A stretch of 64,000 nucleotides of DNA from an uncultured cyanobacterium (lineage in GTDB: Bacteria; Cyanobacteriota; Cyanobacteriia; Cyanobacteriales; CAWUOF01), in NCBI GenBank assembly GCA_963744145.1, contig CAVUSO010000001.1, positions 6,944,001 through 7,008,000 on the forward strand, in the 5' to 3' direction. The position numbers were made by a program, and so were the translations under genes. How positions within the stretch are numbered: position 1 is the first letter of the stretch; each line of letters opens with the position of its first letter. The notes beneath the pieces were generated by a model. It searched no databases, was not told the DNA's origin, and saw nothing but the letters and a program-made list of their open reading frames with translations. Below, in pieces: positions 1-10,825 of this stretch.

Positions 1-45
1 AAAGTGAAGGGACTTATCCACCTGGATTACAACTCAATGCGATCG

Positions 46-802
46 CTAAATCTTTGGAGTAAATTGGCGAATTTGCTCCCATTCTTGCTCTGATAAAGGC
101 TGAGGAATTAGTTCGATCTTAAAACAATCTGCTGCGGCTAAAATTAGGGTATCGATTACAGTCGTAAACAGAGCATCTCCAGATAAAGATAAGGGTAATT
201 TGAGGGGAATTTCCGTTTCTCCAAAAACTTGATGAAATAGTTCAGCATCTGGCTCTAACCGCAGTGAACCATGTTGTAAAATTGCCTGACCATGTTTTAA
301 TTGAGCGCTCCCAATTAACTTAGAGCCATTCCCTAAGACTAAATCTGCTCCTGTAGCAGTACCAAAACAATTGGGATTGTGAATATAGTTTCTTTGCTCA
401 GAACCATAATGTAATTCTAATCCTAATCTTAAACAACCTTGAATTAAAAACTCACAGATCTGTTGATATACTTGAAGGCGATCGCCACTAAATTGGGAAG
501 TAATCACTGCGTAGGTTAAATCACCCTGGTGTAGTACCGCTCTACCACCAGTCGGAACGTTTAACCAGATCAAGCAATTGACCTTGCCAAGTTAAATTTT
601 GCCAAAAATCGGGCCATCGATGTTGATGATAGCCTAAAGAAATTGCTGGTGGAGACCAGGTATAAAATCTTAAAATCGAGGGCTGATCTCCCTGGAGCTG
701 CTGGGTAAATAACCATTGGTCGATCGCCATCTGGATTTTTCCGGGCGATCGTAACCAAGGAATCAAACGCCACACAGATTGTGATGGGGAACTACTGGGC
801 AA
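46..802 (-). CDS. Lipoate-protein ligase A / octanoyltransferase (LplA/LipM-like) family protein, split by a +1 frameshift at ~556-557
   Basis: ORF 542..832 carries WRLIP...MAIDQWL...PSILRFYTWSPPAISLGYHQ. ORF 46..573 carries PTGGRAVLHQGDLTY, KLIGSAQ and LQHGS. Removing one base at 556-557 restores VKRPTGGRAVLH. The TTG start at 802 is inferred. Confidence 0.85.
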
Positions 803-1262
803 ATTCTGCTTGGAGAAGATCATCATTATCATCAGCGATCGTCGCTACTACGGTAATCGCTCGGGAAATTTCCCCTAAACTCAAATCAGCTACTGAGCGA
901 GTTGAAATCACGACTACTTGCTGATCAACAATAGCAAATCGAGATTCAAAGGTATCTGACCAGTTCATTGATAATAATTTTCGCATTAATCGAGGTTCAT
1001 CTTTAGCGGGTAGGGAGAGAACTTTAGCCCAAACTGTCAAATTATCTAGATCCGTTGGACCTGTTAGTTGGACAAACACTTCCACGCTACCATATTGGAA
1101 CTTCCACAGATAACCACCATCGTTCTGACCCACCATCACCTTTTGGTCGAGTGCTAAACTAGCAATAATGGTCTCGATGTCTTCTGCTAGTTTAGTGGTA
1201 GCGACATCGGTGAGCTGTTCGTTGGTAATTACTTCTTCCGGAGACAGGTTTTGAGTAGACAT
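792..1262 (-). CDS. YbjN-like (type III chaperone fold) conserved cyanobacterial protein
   Basis: 156 aa ORF with WKFQYGSVEVFVQL and LSLGEISRAITVVATIADDNDD, typical of this family. Confidence 0.75.
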   Translation of the reverse strand: MSTQNLSPEEVITNEQLTDVATTKLAEDIETIIASLALDQKVMVGQNDGGYLWKFQYGSVEVFVQLTGPTDLDNLTVWAKVLSLPAKDEPRLMRKLLSMNWSDTFESRFAIVDQQVVVISTRSVADLSLGEISRAITVVATIADDNDDLLQAEFAQ

Positions 1263-1500
1263 TATGATTTTTTAGCTCACACTACTGGGTGATATCATTT
1301 TACAATGCGTCGGGTGTCATACCAATTTTTGATGAGGGTGCAGAGAATTGATCCCCTCAACCCCCAGCAGGGCTGTTTCATGCCTTAAGAAAACCTCTCC
1401 TCCAACCCCTCAAAACAACTTCGCATCGGACTGAGAACGGTGAGGAGCGGCTCAGATGTTATTCAGTTGATAAAGTAAAGGAAAAAGATATCGATCGAAT

Positions 1501-2397
1501 ATGGAAGAATCAGAAGTACGAAGATTAATTCTCAGTTACTCAGATAGGACAGAAGTTAATCTAATGGGTAGAGGGTTGACTAATTTGCCAAAAGAGATAG
1601 GACTGCTATGTGTTTTGAGAAAACTTAATCTGTCTCATAACCCATTAAAACTTCTACCAGAAGAGATCGGGCAACTTCATTCCTTGACCCATCTCTCTCT
1701 TGGTTGGAACACACTAACAAGCGTACCAGCAGAGATCGGGCAACTTCATTCTTTGACCCATCTCTATCTGGATAGTAACCAGCTAACAAGCATACCAGCA
1801 GAGATCGGACAACTTCATTCCTTGATCCATCTCTCTCTTAGTTGGAACCAACTAACAAGCGTACCAACAGAGATAGAGCAACTTCATTCCTTGATCCATC
1901 TCTCTCTTAGTTGGAACCAACTAACAAGCGTACCAACAGAGATAGGGCAACTCCATTCTTTAAAAGCGCTTTCTGTCGATCGTAACCCCATTGAAGATTT
2001 ATCTATTTTGGCTAATCATCCCAATCAAGATTTGAATGTTTACTGTTTTGGCGTCAATTTACCACGTCGCTACTGGACGCATTTAAACCAGTGGAAAGCT
2101 GAATGGTTACTTACAGAAGAAAATGCTGGAATTCGGAGAATTTTGATTCGGCAGCTAGGATACGATCGCATCATTGAAGAATTAAAAGCAATCGAAATCG
2201 ATCACTATCGAGAATATACCCTCCTCAAGATTGATGCAAATATTGATATTGAACCCATCCATTTACTAAAAATGACTTGTCCAAGTACAGATCATATTCA
2301 TGTCCTGCGTGTTCCACCTGTTCTTGATTCAGCTAGAGAAGCAATTCGCTGGGTTAACTGGGATGTTGACCCTGAATCTTTTGCTACGGAAACTTGA
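1501..2397 (+). CDS. Leucine-rich repeat protein with C-terminal DUF6745-like domain
   Basis: 23-aa LRRs (EIGQLHSLTHLSLSWNQLTSVP). The C-terminus LKMTCPST...LRVPP...AREAIRWVNW resembles DUF6745 (recognised by eye). Confidence 0.8.
   Translation: MEESEVRRLILSYSDRTEVNLMGRGLTNLPKEIGLLCVLRKLNLSHNPLKLLPEEIGQLHSLTHLSLGWNTLTSVPAEIGQLHSLTHLYLDSNQLTSIPAEIGQLHSLIHLSLSWNQLTSVPTEIEQLHSLIHLSLSWNQLTSVPTEIGQLHSLKALSVDRNPIEDLSILANHPNQDLNVYCFGVNLPRRYWTHLNQWKAEWLLTEENAGIRRILIRQLGYDRIIEELKAIEIDHYREYTLLKIDANIDIEPIHLLKMTCPSTDHIHVLRVPPVLDSAREAIRWVNWDVDPESFATET
1663..1962 (+). repeat. 69-bp coding tandem repeat (LRR units), about 4.3 copies
   Basis: Units start GAGAT at 1663, 1732, 1801, 1870 and 1939. Confidence 0.9.
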
Positions 2398-2559
2398 ATT
2401 ATTTATGGCGATCGTATTATTTTTCTTGGGAGAGCGATCGCTATCCCCATAAAGCCCCATGGCAAGTGGCCAAATATCAGACTCGCGATCGCTCCCAATC
2501 CAGCAAACCTTTAATCAACTTGCTAATGGGATTTAAGAATAGCGATCGCCATCAAACAA

Positions 2560-3324
2560 TCAATTCTCAACCAACACAGCATCAAGTAGCTCCCAATCAG
2601 TATCAACCCAGAATGTACCATCACTGAGGATTAACACATCATTAGGGGTTATTCCTGGAAGTACGGGGTTAGGTGTAGGTATAGTGGGCAAATCTTTAGC
2701 TTTGCATATTAATAACATCACTCTTATTAGTGCTGCTACTGAATCTTTATTAGCTAAATTTCCTATTTTATTCCAATTGACTCGACAAACTTCTCCATTT
2801 TCATCTTCTTCCATGTACAAGGGAATTGGTATTTGGGAAACGATAATATTTTTATCAGGAATATTAAAAACAGGAGTAGGAGGTATAATTCTGGCTAGTC
2901 TGCCAAAACCTTTATTAGCAAATTTATCAAAAATAGATGAAAGTGGTACTGTAAAAATTGCTAGGTTTTGTTGGGTAATATACCAATCAAAATCTTTAAG
3001 TTCAAGAGTGTAATTTGTGTTATTCCCATTAAGTCTATTATCTTCATTAATCTTTTCTACATAATCTTTAAATCGTTGGTCTTCTAATAAGTATAGATAC
3101 TTTTGTGCATCAAAGTCAAGATAAGAAATATCTAGTTGTACTTTTATCGCTATATCTAGCTGATCAGATCCATCTCCTACATAAATAGGTTCTGAACAAA
3201 TATAGGCTTTTTTTCCAAAATATAGATGTTTACGATCGGCAATGGTAATTTCGTCTCCAATATCAGGGACTGTTAAGGGTATAAATTTTGTAGTTTTATT
3301 TTTAGACTTGCGGTTCTTCCCCAT
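2560..3324 (-). CDS. Hypothetical protein, AT-rich
   Basis: 254 aa open frame with ATG start; no motif recognised. Confidence 0.6.
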   Translation of the reverse strand: MGKNRKSKNKTTKFIPLTVPDIGDEITIADRKHLYFGKKAYICSEPIYVGDGSDQLDIAIKVQLDISYLDFDAQKYLYLLEDQRFKDYVEKINEDNRLNGNNTNYTLELKDFDWYITQQNLAIFTVPLSSIFDKFANKGFGRLARIIPPTPVFNIPDKNIIVSQIPIPLYMEEDENGEVCRVNWNKIGNLANKDSVAALIRVMLLICKAKDLPTIPTPNPVLPGITPNDVLILSDGTFWVDTDWELLDAVLVEN

Positions 3325-3394
3325 TTTCTTGTTCCTATCTTATGCTCAATATTATATTTTACCATATGGCTGAAACCTCAGTATTGAGTAGCTT

Positions 3395-3459
3395 AGAAAC
3401 CGGGTTTCTTAGTCAACTCTGGGTGAGTCTGTCTTAATTATAACAGAAACCCGGTTTCT
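3395..3459. repeat. Inverted pair of the short palindromic intergenic repeat AGAAACCGGGTTTCT
   Basis: AGAAACCGGGTTTCT at 3395-3409 and its reverse complement at 3445-3459; a related sequence lies near 4083-4097. Confidence 0.75.
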
Positions 3460-3526
3460 TGACCCAGATTGCGTTCAATTATGGAATATATTACACTTAT
3501 GTGTAGAGAAAAGGGGGTCAAATAAA

Positions 3527-4024
3527 ATGACAACTATCAAATCAATACCAACTGCAATAACATCTCTTTATGAACAGGATTTTTATCTGTGGTTACAGAC
3601 AATTATCAACTTATTAAAAGAGGGAAAATTTGCCGAAATAGATTTAGAAAACTTACTAGAGGAACTGGAAAGTATGGGGAGCAGCGATAAAAATGCTTTA
3701 AAGAGTAATTTGAGGGTACTTCTCATGCACTTACTCAAGTATAAATATCAGCCGGAAAACCGAACAAATAGTTGGCATTACACCATTATAGAACATCGTA
3801 AACGCATCCGAGATACCTTCAAAACCAGTCCGAGTTTATATCGTTTTTTTGAAGAGATTTTTAATGAATCTTATCAAGATGCTAGGGAACTCACCGCAGG
3901 TGAAACAGGTTTATCTATTGTGATATTTCCCCCAGAGTCTCCCTTTACTGGAGAAGAAGTTCTTAATCCTGATTTTTTACCGACTGACAGCGATCTACCT
4001 GAAAATCCTGAAAATATTGAATAA
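3527..4024 (+). CDS. DUF29 family protein
   Basis: LYEQDFYLWL, IDLENLLEELESMG, LLMHLLKYKYQP, SPSL and FPPESPF are hallmark DUF29 motifs. Confidence 0.9.
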   Translation: MTTIKSIPTAITSLYEQDFYLWLQTIINLLKEGKFAEIDLENLLEELESMGSSDKNALKSNLRVLLMHLLKYKYQPENRTNSWHYTIIEHRKRIRDTFKTSPSLYRFFEEIFNESYQDARELTAGETGLSIVIFPPESPFTGEEVLNPDFLPTDSDLPENPENIE

Positions 4025-4178
4025 TTGAATCAGATATCCTTCTTTAGTAATTGCTTTTTTCAATGTTTTAGGACTTACGCAAAGAACCCGGGTTTCTGGG
4101 CTGCGGTTTCTAGTTATACCACTTCAAAACTTTGATAGTCCCTAGAAACGAGAGTTAATGAGTTGAATAGTTTAATAA

Positions 4179-5903
4179 TTATTTTTCTGCTAATTTATCG
4201 AGTTTTTCCTTAACTGCTAAATCTAATAGTGAACGTAGTAAGATTAAAAACCATAATCCTGAGAAACTAAATGCTGCTGTTGCCCAAAATTTATATTTTC
4301 CTAAAAGTAAAACTGTCCCCGCTAATAAGGTAAATCCAGTTATACAAGCATAAATTAAACTTTTAATTGCTAAGTTAATTCGCTTTAAAGTCCGATCATT
4401 ATCTTCTGATTTCACTCGGAAAATAATTTCTCCCCGTTCTAGTCTTTCTTCTACCCGTTGAATTAAGAGTTCCGATCGCGTCGGTTGTTGTAATTTATAT
4501 TTAATAAAATCTCTAGCTTGTCTACTAATTTCTACAATTAAATTTCCCTGTCCTTTTAGAGTTGTTAGACTTTTGACAAAAGGTTGGGCACAAGCAACGG
4601 GATTATATTGAGGATCTAAAGTGCGAGCAATTCCATCAAGAGTAGTTAAAGCTTTTAACACATAAGTCATTTGAGCTGGTAAGCGAAATGGTTGTTGCTC
4701 GAACATTGTATATAGTTCATTGCTCATTTCCCTAAAAGCTTTTAAATCTATTGGTTTTTCAGTAAATTGATCTAAGGTAAACTTTAATAGTCTTTTGACT
4801 GGTGCCAGATCAGACACGGGTACAATTAATCCCATCTCGATTAAAGCATCAAGAACAGCATCTGAATCTTTCTTTAAAACTGCAAAAAAAGTTTCAATCA
4901 TCTGTTCTTTTGTTAAAGATTTTATTTCTACCATCATGCCAAAATCGTAAAAAATTAAGCTGCCATCTTGACGGACTGCCATATTGCCTGGATGGGGATC
5001 GGCTTGAAAAAAACCATCTAGTAATAATTGTTTTAGATAACAGCAAATCCCCAGTTTATTCAGTTCTGTGATATCGATACCACAAGCTTCTAAAGTTGGG
5101 CGATCGTCTACTTTAATCCCTGGTAAATACTCAATAGTCAACACTTTGCTCGTGGTATATCGCCAATAGGTTTTGGGGATAATTATGCGCGGATAATCTT
5201 TAAAATTTTCGGCGAATCGTTCCGCATTTTTAGCTTCTTGCACATAATCAATTTCTTGATATAAGATTTTGAAAAATTCATCATAAATCAATTCTAATTC
5301 ATATTTCCTTGTCCAGGAAAAATAGTGCTGACAAAATCGAACCAGTTTACCCAACGCTTGAAAATCTAGATTGAATAACTTGTCTAAACCAGGACGTTGC
5401 ACCTTAACAATAACTTCTTCACCGCTATGGAGTCGGGCTTTATGTACTTGTCCTAAACTAGCAGCAGCGATCGGAAATCGTTCAAAATCTCGATAGAGAG
5501 CATAAAGAGAATTTCCTAATTCTGATTCCACTAGAGCGATCGCTTCTTCGGAACTAAATGCAGGTACACGATCCTGTAACATTTCTAATGCTTCGATATA
5601 CTCTAAAGGTAATAAATCAGCCCGAGTAGATAGGGACTGTCCAATTTTAATAAAAGTTGGTCCTAAATCAAGTAGTGTATTCAGTAACCATTGAGCGCGA
5701 CGTTTTTTTTGCCAAGTCGAATTATTTGCAAATATATCATCCCACCACAAATAAAACATCCATGTTCCTGCTGATCTAAAAACTTCCAGCTGACGTGCTA
5801 GAGGAGAAGATGCAAATTTTTGCCACCGTAATGGTTTGGATGCTGCTGGTTTGAGCATATTTTTATTGAGCTTATATGTTGATACTCCTTTAATTCTATT
5901 CAT
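4179..5903 (-). CDS. ABC1/AarF/UbiB family atypical protein kinase
   Basis: LGPTFIKIGQ, PIAAASLGQVH, VKVQRPG, ADPHPGN and YDFGM motifs; C-terminal hydrophobic helices. The true start may be downstream (MLKP, 5858). Confidence 0.92.
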   Translation of the reverse strand: MNRIKGVSTYKLNKNMLKPAASKPLRWQKFASSPLARQLEVFRSAGTWMFYLWWDDIFANNSTWQKKRRAQWLLNTLLDLGPTFIKIGQSLSTRADLLPLEYIEALEMLQDRVPAFSSEEAIALVESELGNSLYALYRDFERFPIAAASLGQVHKARLHSGEEVIVKVQRPGLDKLFNLDFQALGKLVRFCQHYFSWTRKYELELIYDEFFKILYQEIDYVQEAKNAERFAENFKDYPRIIIPKTYWRYTTSKVLTIEYLPGIKVDDRPTLEACGIDITELNKLGICCYLKQLLLDGFFQADPHPGNMAVRQDGSLIFYDFGMMVEIKSLTKEQMIETFFAVLKKDSDAVLDALIEMGLIVPVSDLAPVKRLLKFTLDQFTEKPIDLKAFREMSNELYTMFEQQPFRLPAQMTYVLKALTTLDGIARTLDPQYNPVACAQPFVKSLTTLKGQGNLIVEISRQARDFIKYKLQQPTRSELLIQRVEERLERGEIIFRVKSEDNDRTLKRINLAIKSLIYACITGFTLLAGTVLLLGKYKFWATAAFSFSGLWFLILLRSLLDLAVKEKLDKLAEK

Positions 5904-7948
5904 GCTTTAGATCGATCGACTAAATGGGGTAAACAGAGAGTAAAACAGGTTTCGTAAGATGAAGAATTTTCTAAAGGATTACTGGTGACTGTAATTGTAC
6001 CATTTAAGTGCTGGACTAAACACTTGACTAGTGCTAGTCCTAACCCAGTACCTTGAATTGCTTGTTTAGTAGCATCTTTACCGCGACGAAATTTATCAAA
6101 AATATGAGGAAGTTCTGTGGGAGCAATCCCCTGTCCAATATTGGTTAAGCTGATCACCATTTGATTAATTTGTTCATCAACTTGGTGAATTGCTTTTAAA
6201 ATCACAGTTGTCCCGGGATCAGAGTATTTACCAGCATTAGTTAATAGTTCTAAGAGGAGACGAGTTAAACTGTCCCGATCGGTTTGGATTTTTAGCGATC
6301 GGGTGGGAACATCTACGCACAAGCTGATCCCATTTTCCTGCCATTTTTGGATTAATGGAATAGTGATTTCCCGGATTAAATCTTTTAATTCTAAAGTTTC
6401 TATTTGGATCTGTGCTTGCTGAGATTCAAATTGTTGCAGTGCTAGTAAATCATTGACTAGATTGATTTCTTGGTTGCATTGTTGTTCGAGAATATCCAAA
6501 TATCTCATTGTTCGTTCTGGTGAAATTCCGGGCTGACGTAACATTCGGATTGCCAAATTCATGCTGGTTAAAGGTGTTCGCAATTCGTGACTCATGGTGC
6601 TGACAAATTCATCTTTAAGTTGATTTAATTGCCGGAGTTGGTCAACTTGTTGGCGAACTTTTTCATATAATTTTGCCTGGACTGCTAGAGAACCTTGCAA
6701 CTGAATAGTACGATCTTCAACTAAAGCAGAAAAGTGTCGATTGGTTTGATTATGGATAATCGCGATGCTAATTAGAGCTGCTACTAATTTAACAAATTCT
6801 AATTCTTCCGTTTGCCACGGACGGGGTTGACTTTGTTGCCATGCTAAAAATCCTAGCACTTTACTTTGTCCTGAACCGGAATTAATTCCTCCTAGGAGTG
6901 GGATCAGCAAGATGATGGGCATAAGTTCCCAAGTAAAAATATCAGCAATTTTAATTTCTGGCTCAGTGGTAATCAGTTCTTGTTGATCAGCGATCGCGAC
7001 AGGAGTTGAGGGATCACTAAATACTGTTTTACATAGATGACATTCTGATAACCAAAAGGATTTGTTCTGGTTTTGGTATTGTTTTCGTTTACCAACTGTG
7101 GCTGTTTTTACATTTTTTGACCATTCCTGGGCAACGGTTACCTTCGCATGAGGAATTAGTGATGAAGAAAACACAGTTTCGTTATACTTTAGCATTAAGA
7201 GTAAGCTGCGTTCTACTTCTAGTGCTGTAGCTGTACCATCAATTGCTAAGGTAAAAATTTGATTTAAGTCCTCAGAATTGAGAATTGCCCTGGTTAACTG
7301 CCCAATCATTTGTTGGTGTTGTCTAGATGAGTGTAATTTTTGTTCAGCCTCAGCGATCGCTTGCTTTTGCACTACTGGTAAAATTGCCAAAGATACTTGA
7401 TTAGTAAGGTGTTTGAGTTGTTTTTTTTCTAATTCCGTCCACTCTCTGACTTGGTTTTTTTGAGAACTTTTGCGACTACGGGAATTTTTCCTACCCAAGT
7501 CAACTCCCCGACTCAGCATCAAGAAAATTCCCCCATTTATTTTACTTAAAAAACGAGTGGCACTACCTAAAATTCTTCTAATTGGTAAATTAGCCCCACA
7601 TTCTAATCTAAAATCCGCGATCGTGGTAGTTTTGAGATCATTAACTTCCCATAGCTCATGGTCGAGTTCGGGATTGGTTATTAGCATAGTGAGGAGTTGC
7701 TGTCCCAATTCAGAAATTTGTAACCATGACATCTGGTCTACCTGAAGGGGTGATGGCCAACCAACTATTTGAGTAGTGGTGCAAATTAGACAATAGTCTA
7801 CCTGAAAAGCTGATCCTAACAGCTCGGCAATTTTGAGCAAGATTAGTTCTGAGTCAGGGTTAGTGAGGACTATTTGGGTAATCTGTTGCTCTAAGTGAGT
7901 GATTTCTAGCTGGGACTTCATCCTTGGCACCGATAGTCGTGAGCACAC
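5900..7948 (-). CDS. GAF-domain sensor histidine kinase
   Basis: Two GAF-like regions (REWTELE, RPWQTEELEF), H-box MSHELRTPLTS, N-box ELLTNAGKY and G2 GTGLGL. The start may be the ATG at 7921. Confidence 0.9.
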   Translation of the reverse strand: MCSRLSVPRMKSQLEITHLEQQITQIVLTNPDSELILLKIAELLGSAFQVDYCLICTTTQIVGWPSPLQVDQMSWLQISELGQQLLTMLITNPELDHELWEVNDLKTTTIADFRLECGANLPIRRILGSATRFLSKINGGIFLMLSRGVDLGRKNSRSRKSSQKNQVREWTELEKKQLKHLTNQVSLAILPVVQKQAIAEAEQKLHSSRQHQQMIGQLTRAILNSEDLNQIFTLAIDGTATALEVERSLLLMLKYNETVFSSSLIPHAKVTVAQEWSKNVKTATVGKRKQYQNQNKSFWLSECHLCKTVFSDPSTPVAIADQQELITTEPEIKIADIFTWELMPIILLIPLLGGINSGSGQSKVLGFLAWQQSQPRPWQTEELEFVKLVAALISIAIIHNQTNRHFSALVEDRTIQLQGSLAVQAKLYEKVRQQVDQLRQLNQLKDEFVSTMSHELRTPLTSMNLAIRMLRQPGISPERTMRYLDILEQQCNQEINLVNDLLALQQFESQQAQIQIETLELKDLIREITIPLIQKWQENGISLCVDVPTRSLKIQTDRDSLTRLLLELLTNAGKYSDPGTTVILKAIHQVDEQINQMVISLTNIGQGIAPTELPHIFDKFRRGKDATKQAIQGTGLGLALVKCLVQHLNGTITVTSNPLENSSSYETCFTLCLPHLVDRSKA

Positions 7949-8317
7949 TGGTTCAATTGATCGGGGCTTTTCAGATGTTAAAGACTATGACATAGTTACT
8001 TCAATTACGTGGTAGCAAGGTTTTTGCTGGCACACCGAACCGAGCGTAACTATATTTTGATGATTTTTTGCTTTGCTTGTATTAGTGGAAATGCGGAGAT
8101 TTCAAATCCACTTTACCACGGACGATTTGATAGCCCTAAATCCTATAACCTTCTCCTTTTTATCATAAGTTTTCTGATTAGCTACCAATCAAAGATGAAG
8201 AAAAAATGTCTGGGAATTTCCAGCAATTTATGATTTTTTTGGGTTACCTTTTTTTTTCTTAGTTACCCATGATGGGCAAATGTAATAATTTATACTTATA
8301 GTCCTTAAAGTCTAGAC

Positions 8318-9207
8318 TTATTCCCGTTGAGAACGCCGACGCTGGGCTTCCTGTTGAGCAGTTTCACTATTTTGACTGTAAATTTTCATCCGATTTTGTG
8401 CAGTCTCATAGCGTTCATCTTTACTAGATATACTTGCCATTAAATCAGAAGCCTTTTGCCATTTAGCAGCGATCGCTAACCATTCAGCTGAAGATTTAGC
8501 ACTTTTACCTTCTTTACTAGCTTGTTCAGCCATTCCTACCGCTTGAGCAAAATAATCTGTCGCAGTGGTTAAAGTGGGCTGAGGCTTTTGACTTTTTGGT
8601 AAATTAGTCTCAACTGCTGGAGTTTTTGCGGGTTGATTACCTTTCCACCATGAGGTCAGCCCAGCATAAACTAACCAGCCCAGCAAGACAACGACCAAAC
8701 TCACACTAGCACCACCGATAATACCTCGCCAAAACTGACGCTGTTCCCGCACCGAACGGGCTGAAGCAGTTTTGGGTAAATCTCGTTTATGGGATTGGTT
8801 TTTGTGTTGTTGCCAATCTTGAGCGAGACGGTGAAAAAAATTAGGTTTAACTAAGATAATTTCTTGGCCCATAACAACTGTTTTTCTGGTTCGCGACTAA
8901 TTTCTTCGAGCCAAAGGAGCTGCTGTTCACGGACAATCCGACTGTTAATTTTTACTCGTCGAATATGACGGGGAGCGAGCCACTCCAGAATTTCGCGGAC
9001 CCGTTCCACCAAAAAAGATTGTTCCAAATGAGAAACGCTCGACGCTTCGCACAAAAGTTGCAGAACACCATCGGCAAACATTGCTCTAGTTCTGACTCCA
9101 GCTTCTGCTAGCTTTTCATTCAGAACTTGAATAATGGCAGCAACGCTCCCTTGGCGTGCTTGCTGAACGATATCATCCATTGGATCTGTCATGTTTGCTT
9201 GCTTCAC
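8318..9207 (-). CDS. Conserved cyanobacterial membrane protein of unknown function, split by a -1 frameshift at ~8865-8870
   Basis: ORF 8851..9207 (ARQGSVAAIIQVLN...INSRIVREQQLLWL) joins ORF 8318..8872 (TM helix; AAKWQKASDLM) if one base is added, giving LLWA-QEIILVKPNFF. Confidence 0.75.
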
Positions 9208-9404
9208 GCAGTAACTAGATAGTTCTGACTTTTAACCTGATTTTTCATTTAGAATATCAGTTTTTGGCTTGGTTCAGTTGTTCTGGGTAGTAATTCTTGA
9301 GCTAGTTGATCTTGATTGGTGTATTTACCAGGTAAAATACAATTATTGGCCAAAGTTAGGATTTCCGGAAAAAGTAACATATTTTCACAAAAAAGAGAAC
9401 TAAC

Positions 9405-9962
9405 ATGACGGGAAAAATTATTCGCGGGTTAATTTTTGTAGTTGAGGACAATATTGATACTGATCAAATTATCCCGGCTGAATACCTGACCCTGGTTCCC
9501 TCTAAACCAGATGAGTACGAAAAACTTGGTAGTTATGCTCTGATCGGTCTGCCCGATCGCTATGGGAAATTTATTGTCCCTGGATCGCTGAAAACGCTCT
9601 ATCCTATTATTGTGGCTGGGGAAAATTTTGGCTGTGGATCTTCCCGCGAACACGCTCCCATTGCTCTGGGTGCTGCTGGTGTCCAAGCAGTAGTCGCTCA
9701 GTCCTATGCTCGGATCTTTTTCCGCAATTGCGCTGCTACTGGTGAACTTTATCCCTGGGAATCGGTGGGCAGATTATGCGATCGCTTTCATACTGGAGAA
9801 GAAGTATCAATCGACTTTGCCCAAAACCAACTGATTAATCATTCCCTCAATCAAGTATTTGATTTGAATCCGATCGGAGAAGTTGGACCAGTAATTGATG
9901 CTGGTGGGATTTTTGACTATGCCCGTCAAACTGGCATGATTGCTCAAAAAATGGCAAAATAG
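9405..9962 (+). CDS. leuD: 3-isopropylmalate dehydratase small subunit
   Basis: DNIDTDQIIPA, GENFGCGSSREHAP and SYARIFFRN motifs. Confidence 0.95.
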   Translation: MTGKIIRGLIFVVEDNIDTDQIIPAEYLTLVPSKPDEYEKLGSYALIGLPDRYGKFIVPGSLKTLYPIIVAGENFGCGSSREHAPIALGAAGVQAVVAQSYARIFFRNCAATGELYPWESVGRLCDRFHTGEEVSIDFAQNQLINHSLNQVFDLNPIGEVGPVIDAGGIFDYARQTGMIAQKMAK

Positions 9963-10019
9963 TTGTCTTGCTGGCAGTTAAACGCCAGAATAGGGATTAT
10001 TCACAAGTTATTTCCTCCT

Positions 10020-10364
10020 ATGCTATTGAAATCTACCACTCGTCATGTCCACATTTTTGCCGCTCAAGTCGTCAATAACGAGCTAATTGAAAGCGATCGC
10101 GTTTTGACCCTTGATATCGATCCAGATAATGAATTGAACTGGAATCAAGACTCTTTGCAAAAGATTTATCGGAAATTTGATGAACTGGTAGCATCCTACA
10201 ATCAAGCAGATTTAACCGAATATAATTTGCGTCGGATTGGATCAGACCTTGAGCATCTCGTCCGTGCGCTCCTGCAAAATGGTGAAATTAGCTACAATCT
10301 CAACAGCCGAGTAGTCAACTATAGTATGGGATTACCCCAAGTAGTTGCTAAAAATGGAAACTAA
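10020..10364 (+). CDS. ndhM: NAD(P)H-quinone oxidoreductase (NDH-1) subunit M
   Basis: MLLKSTTRHVHIF...LTLDIDPDNE...LTEYNLRRIGSDLE...YSMGLP; ATG at 10020. Confidence 0.93.
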   Translation: MLLKSTTRHVHIFAAQVVNNELIESDRVLTLDIDPDNELNWNQDSLQKIYRKFDELVASYNQADLTEYNLRRIGSDLEHLVRALLQNGEISYNLNSRVVNYSMGLPQVVAKNGN

Positions 10365-10590
10365 CCAATCCTCAAGTCCCCAACCAACCCGCTCCCCCTG
10401 GAATGATAAACCTTGGTGGTGTCAACCTTGGTCGGTGTTATTGACCGGGATCAGTGCGATCGCTGGGAGCTGGTGGTTGGCTAAAATGATCTGGTTAACA
10501 ATTATTGTGGCGATTCCCATATTGACCTGGATGGGTTTCTTTTTATTAATTTGGCCAAAATTGATGATGGATTACCCTGATCACAGCTAA
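10354..10590 (+). CDS. Small conserved membrane protein (DUF6737-like)
   Basis: PWNDKPWWCQPWSVLLTG plus two hydrophobic helices; overlaps the end of ndhM. Confidence 0.75.
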   Translation: METNQSSSPQPTRSPWNDKPWWCQPWSVLLTGISAIAGSWWLAKMIWLTIIVAIPILTWMGFFLLIWPKLMMDYPDHS

Positions 10591-10825
10591 TCAATAGCAA
10601 ATTGCGACAGAATTATGATGTAAGAACTGGATCTAATCAGAATTACATCACATCAGAAAGTTGAGTATTATGTAGCTCAACCTCATATAGGGGGTAAAAC
10701 TTTCTAGGTAATATGGTAGAAAAAGTTTCGTTATCGTTGTTGAGGTTAACGAAAACAAACGTCACATCAGCAATCACACCTACCTTTGCTCACTCGCAAA
10801 TTGCTGATCGACGCGAGGAAACCCC

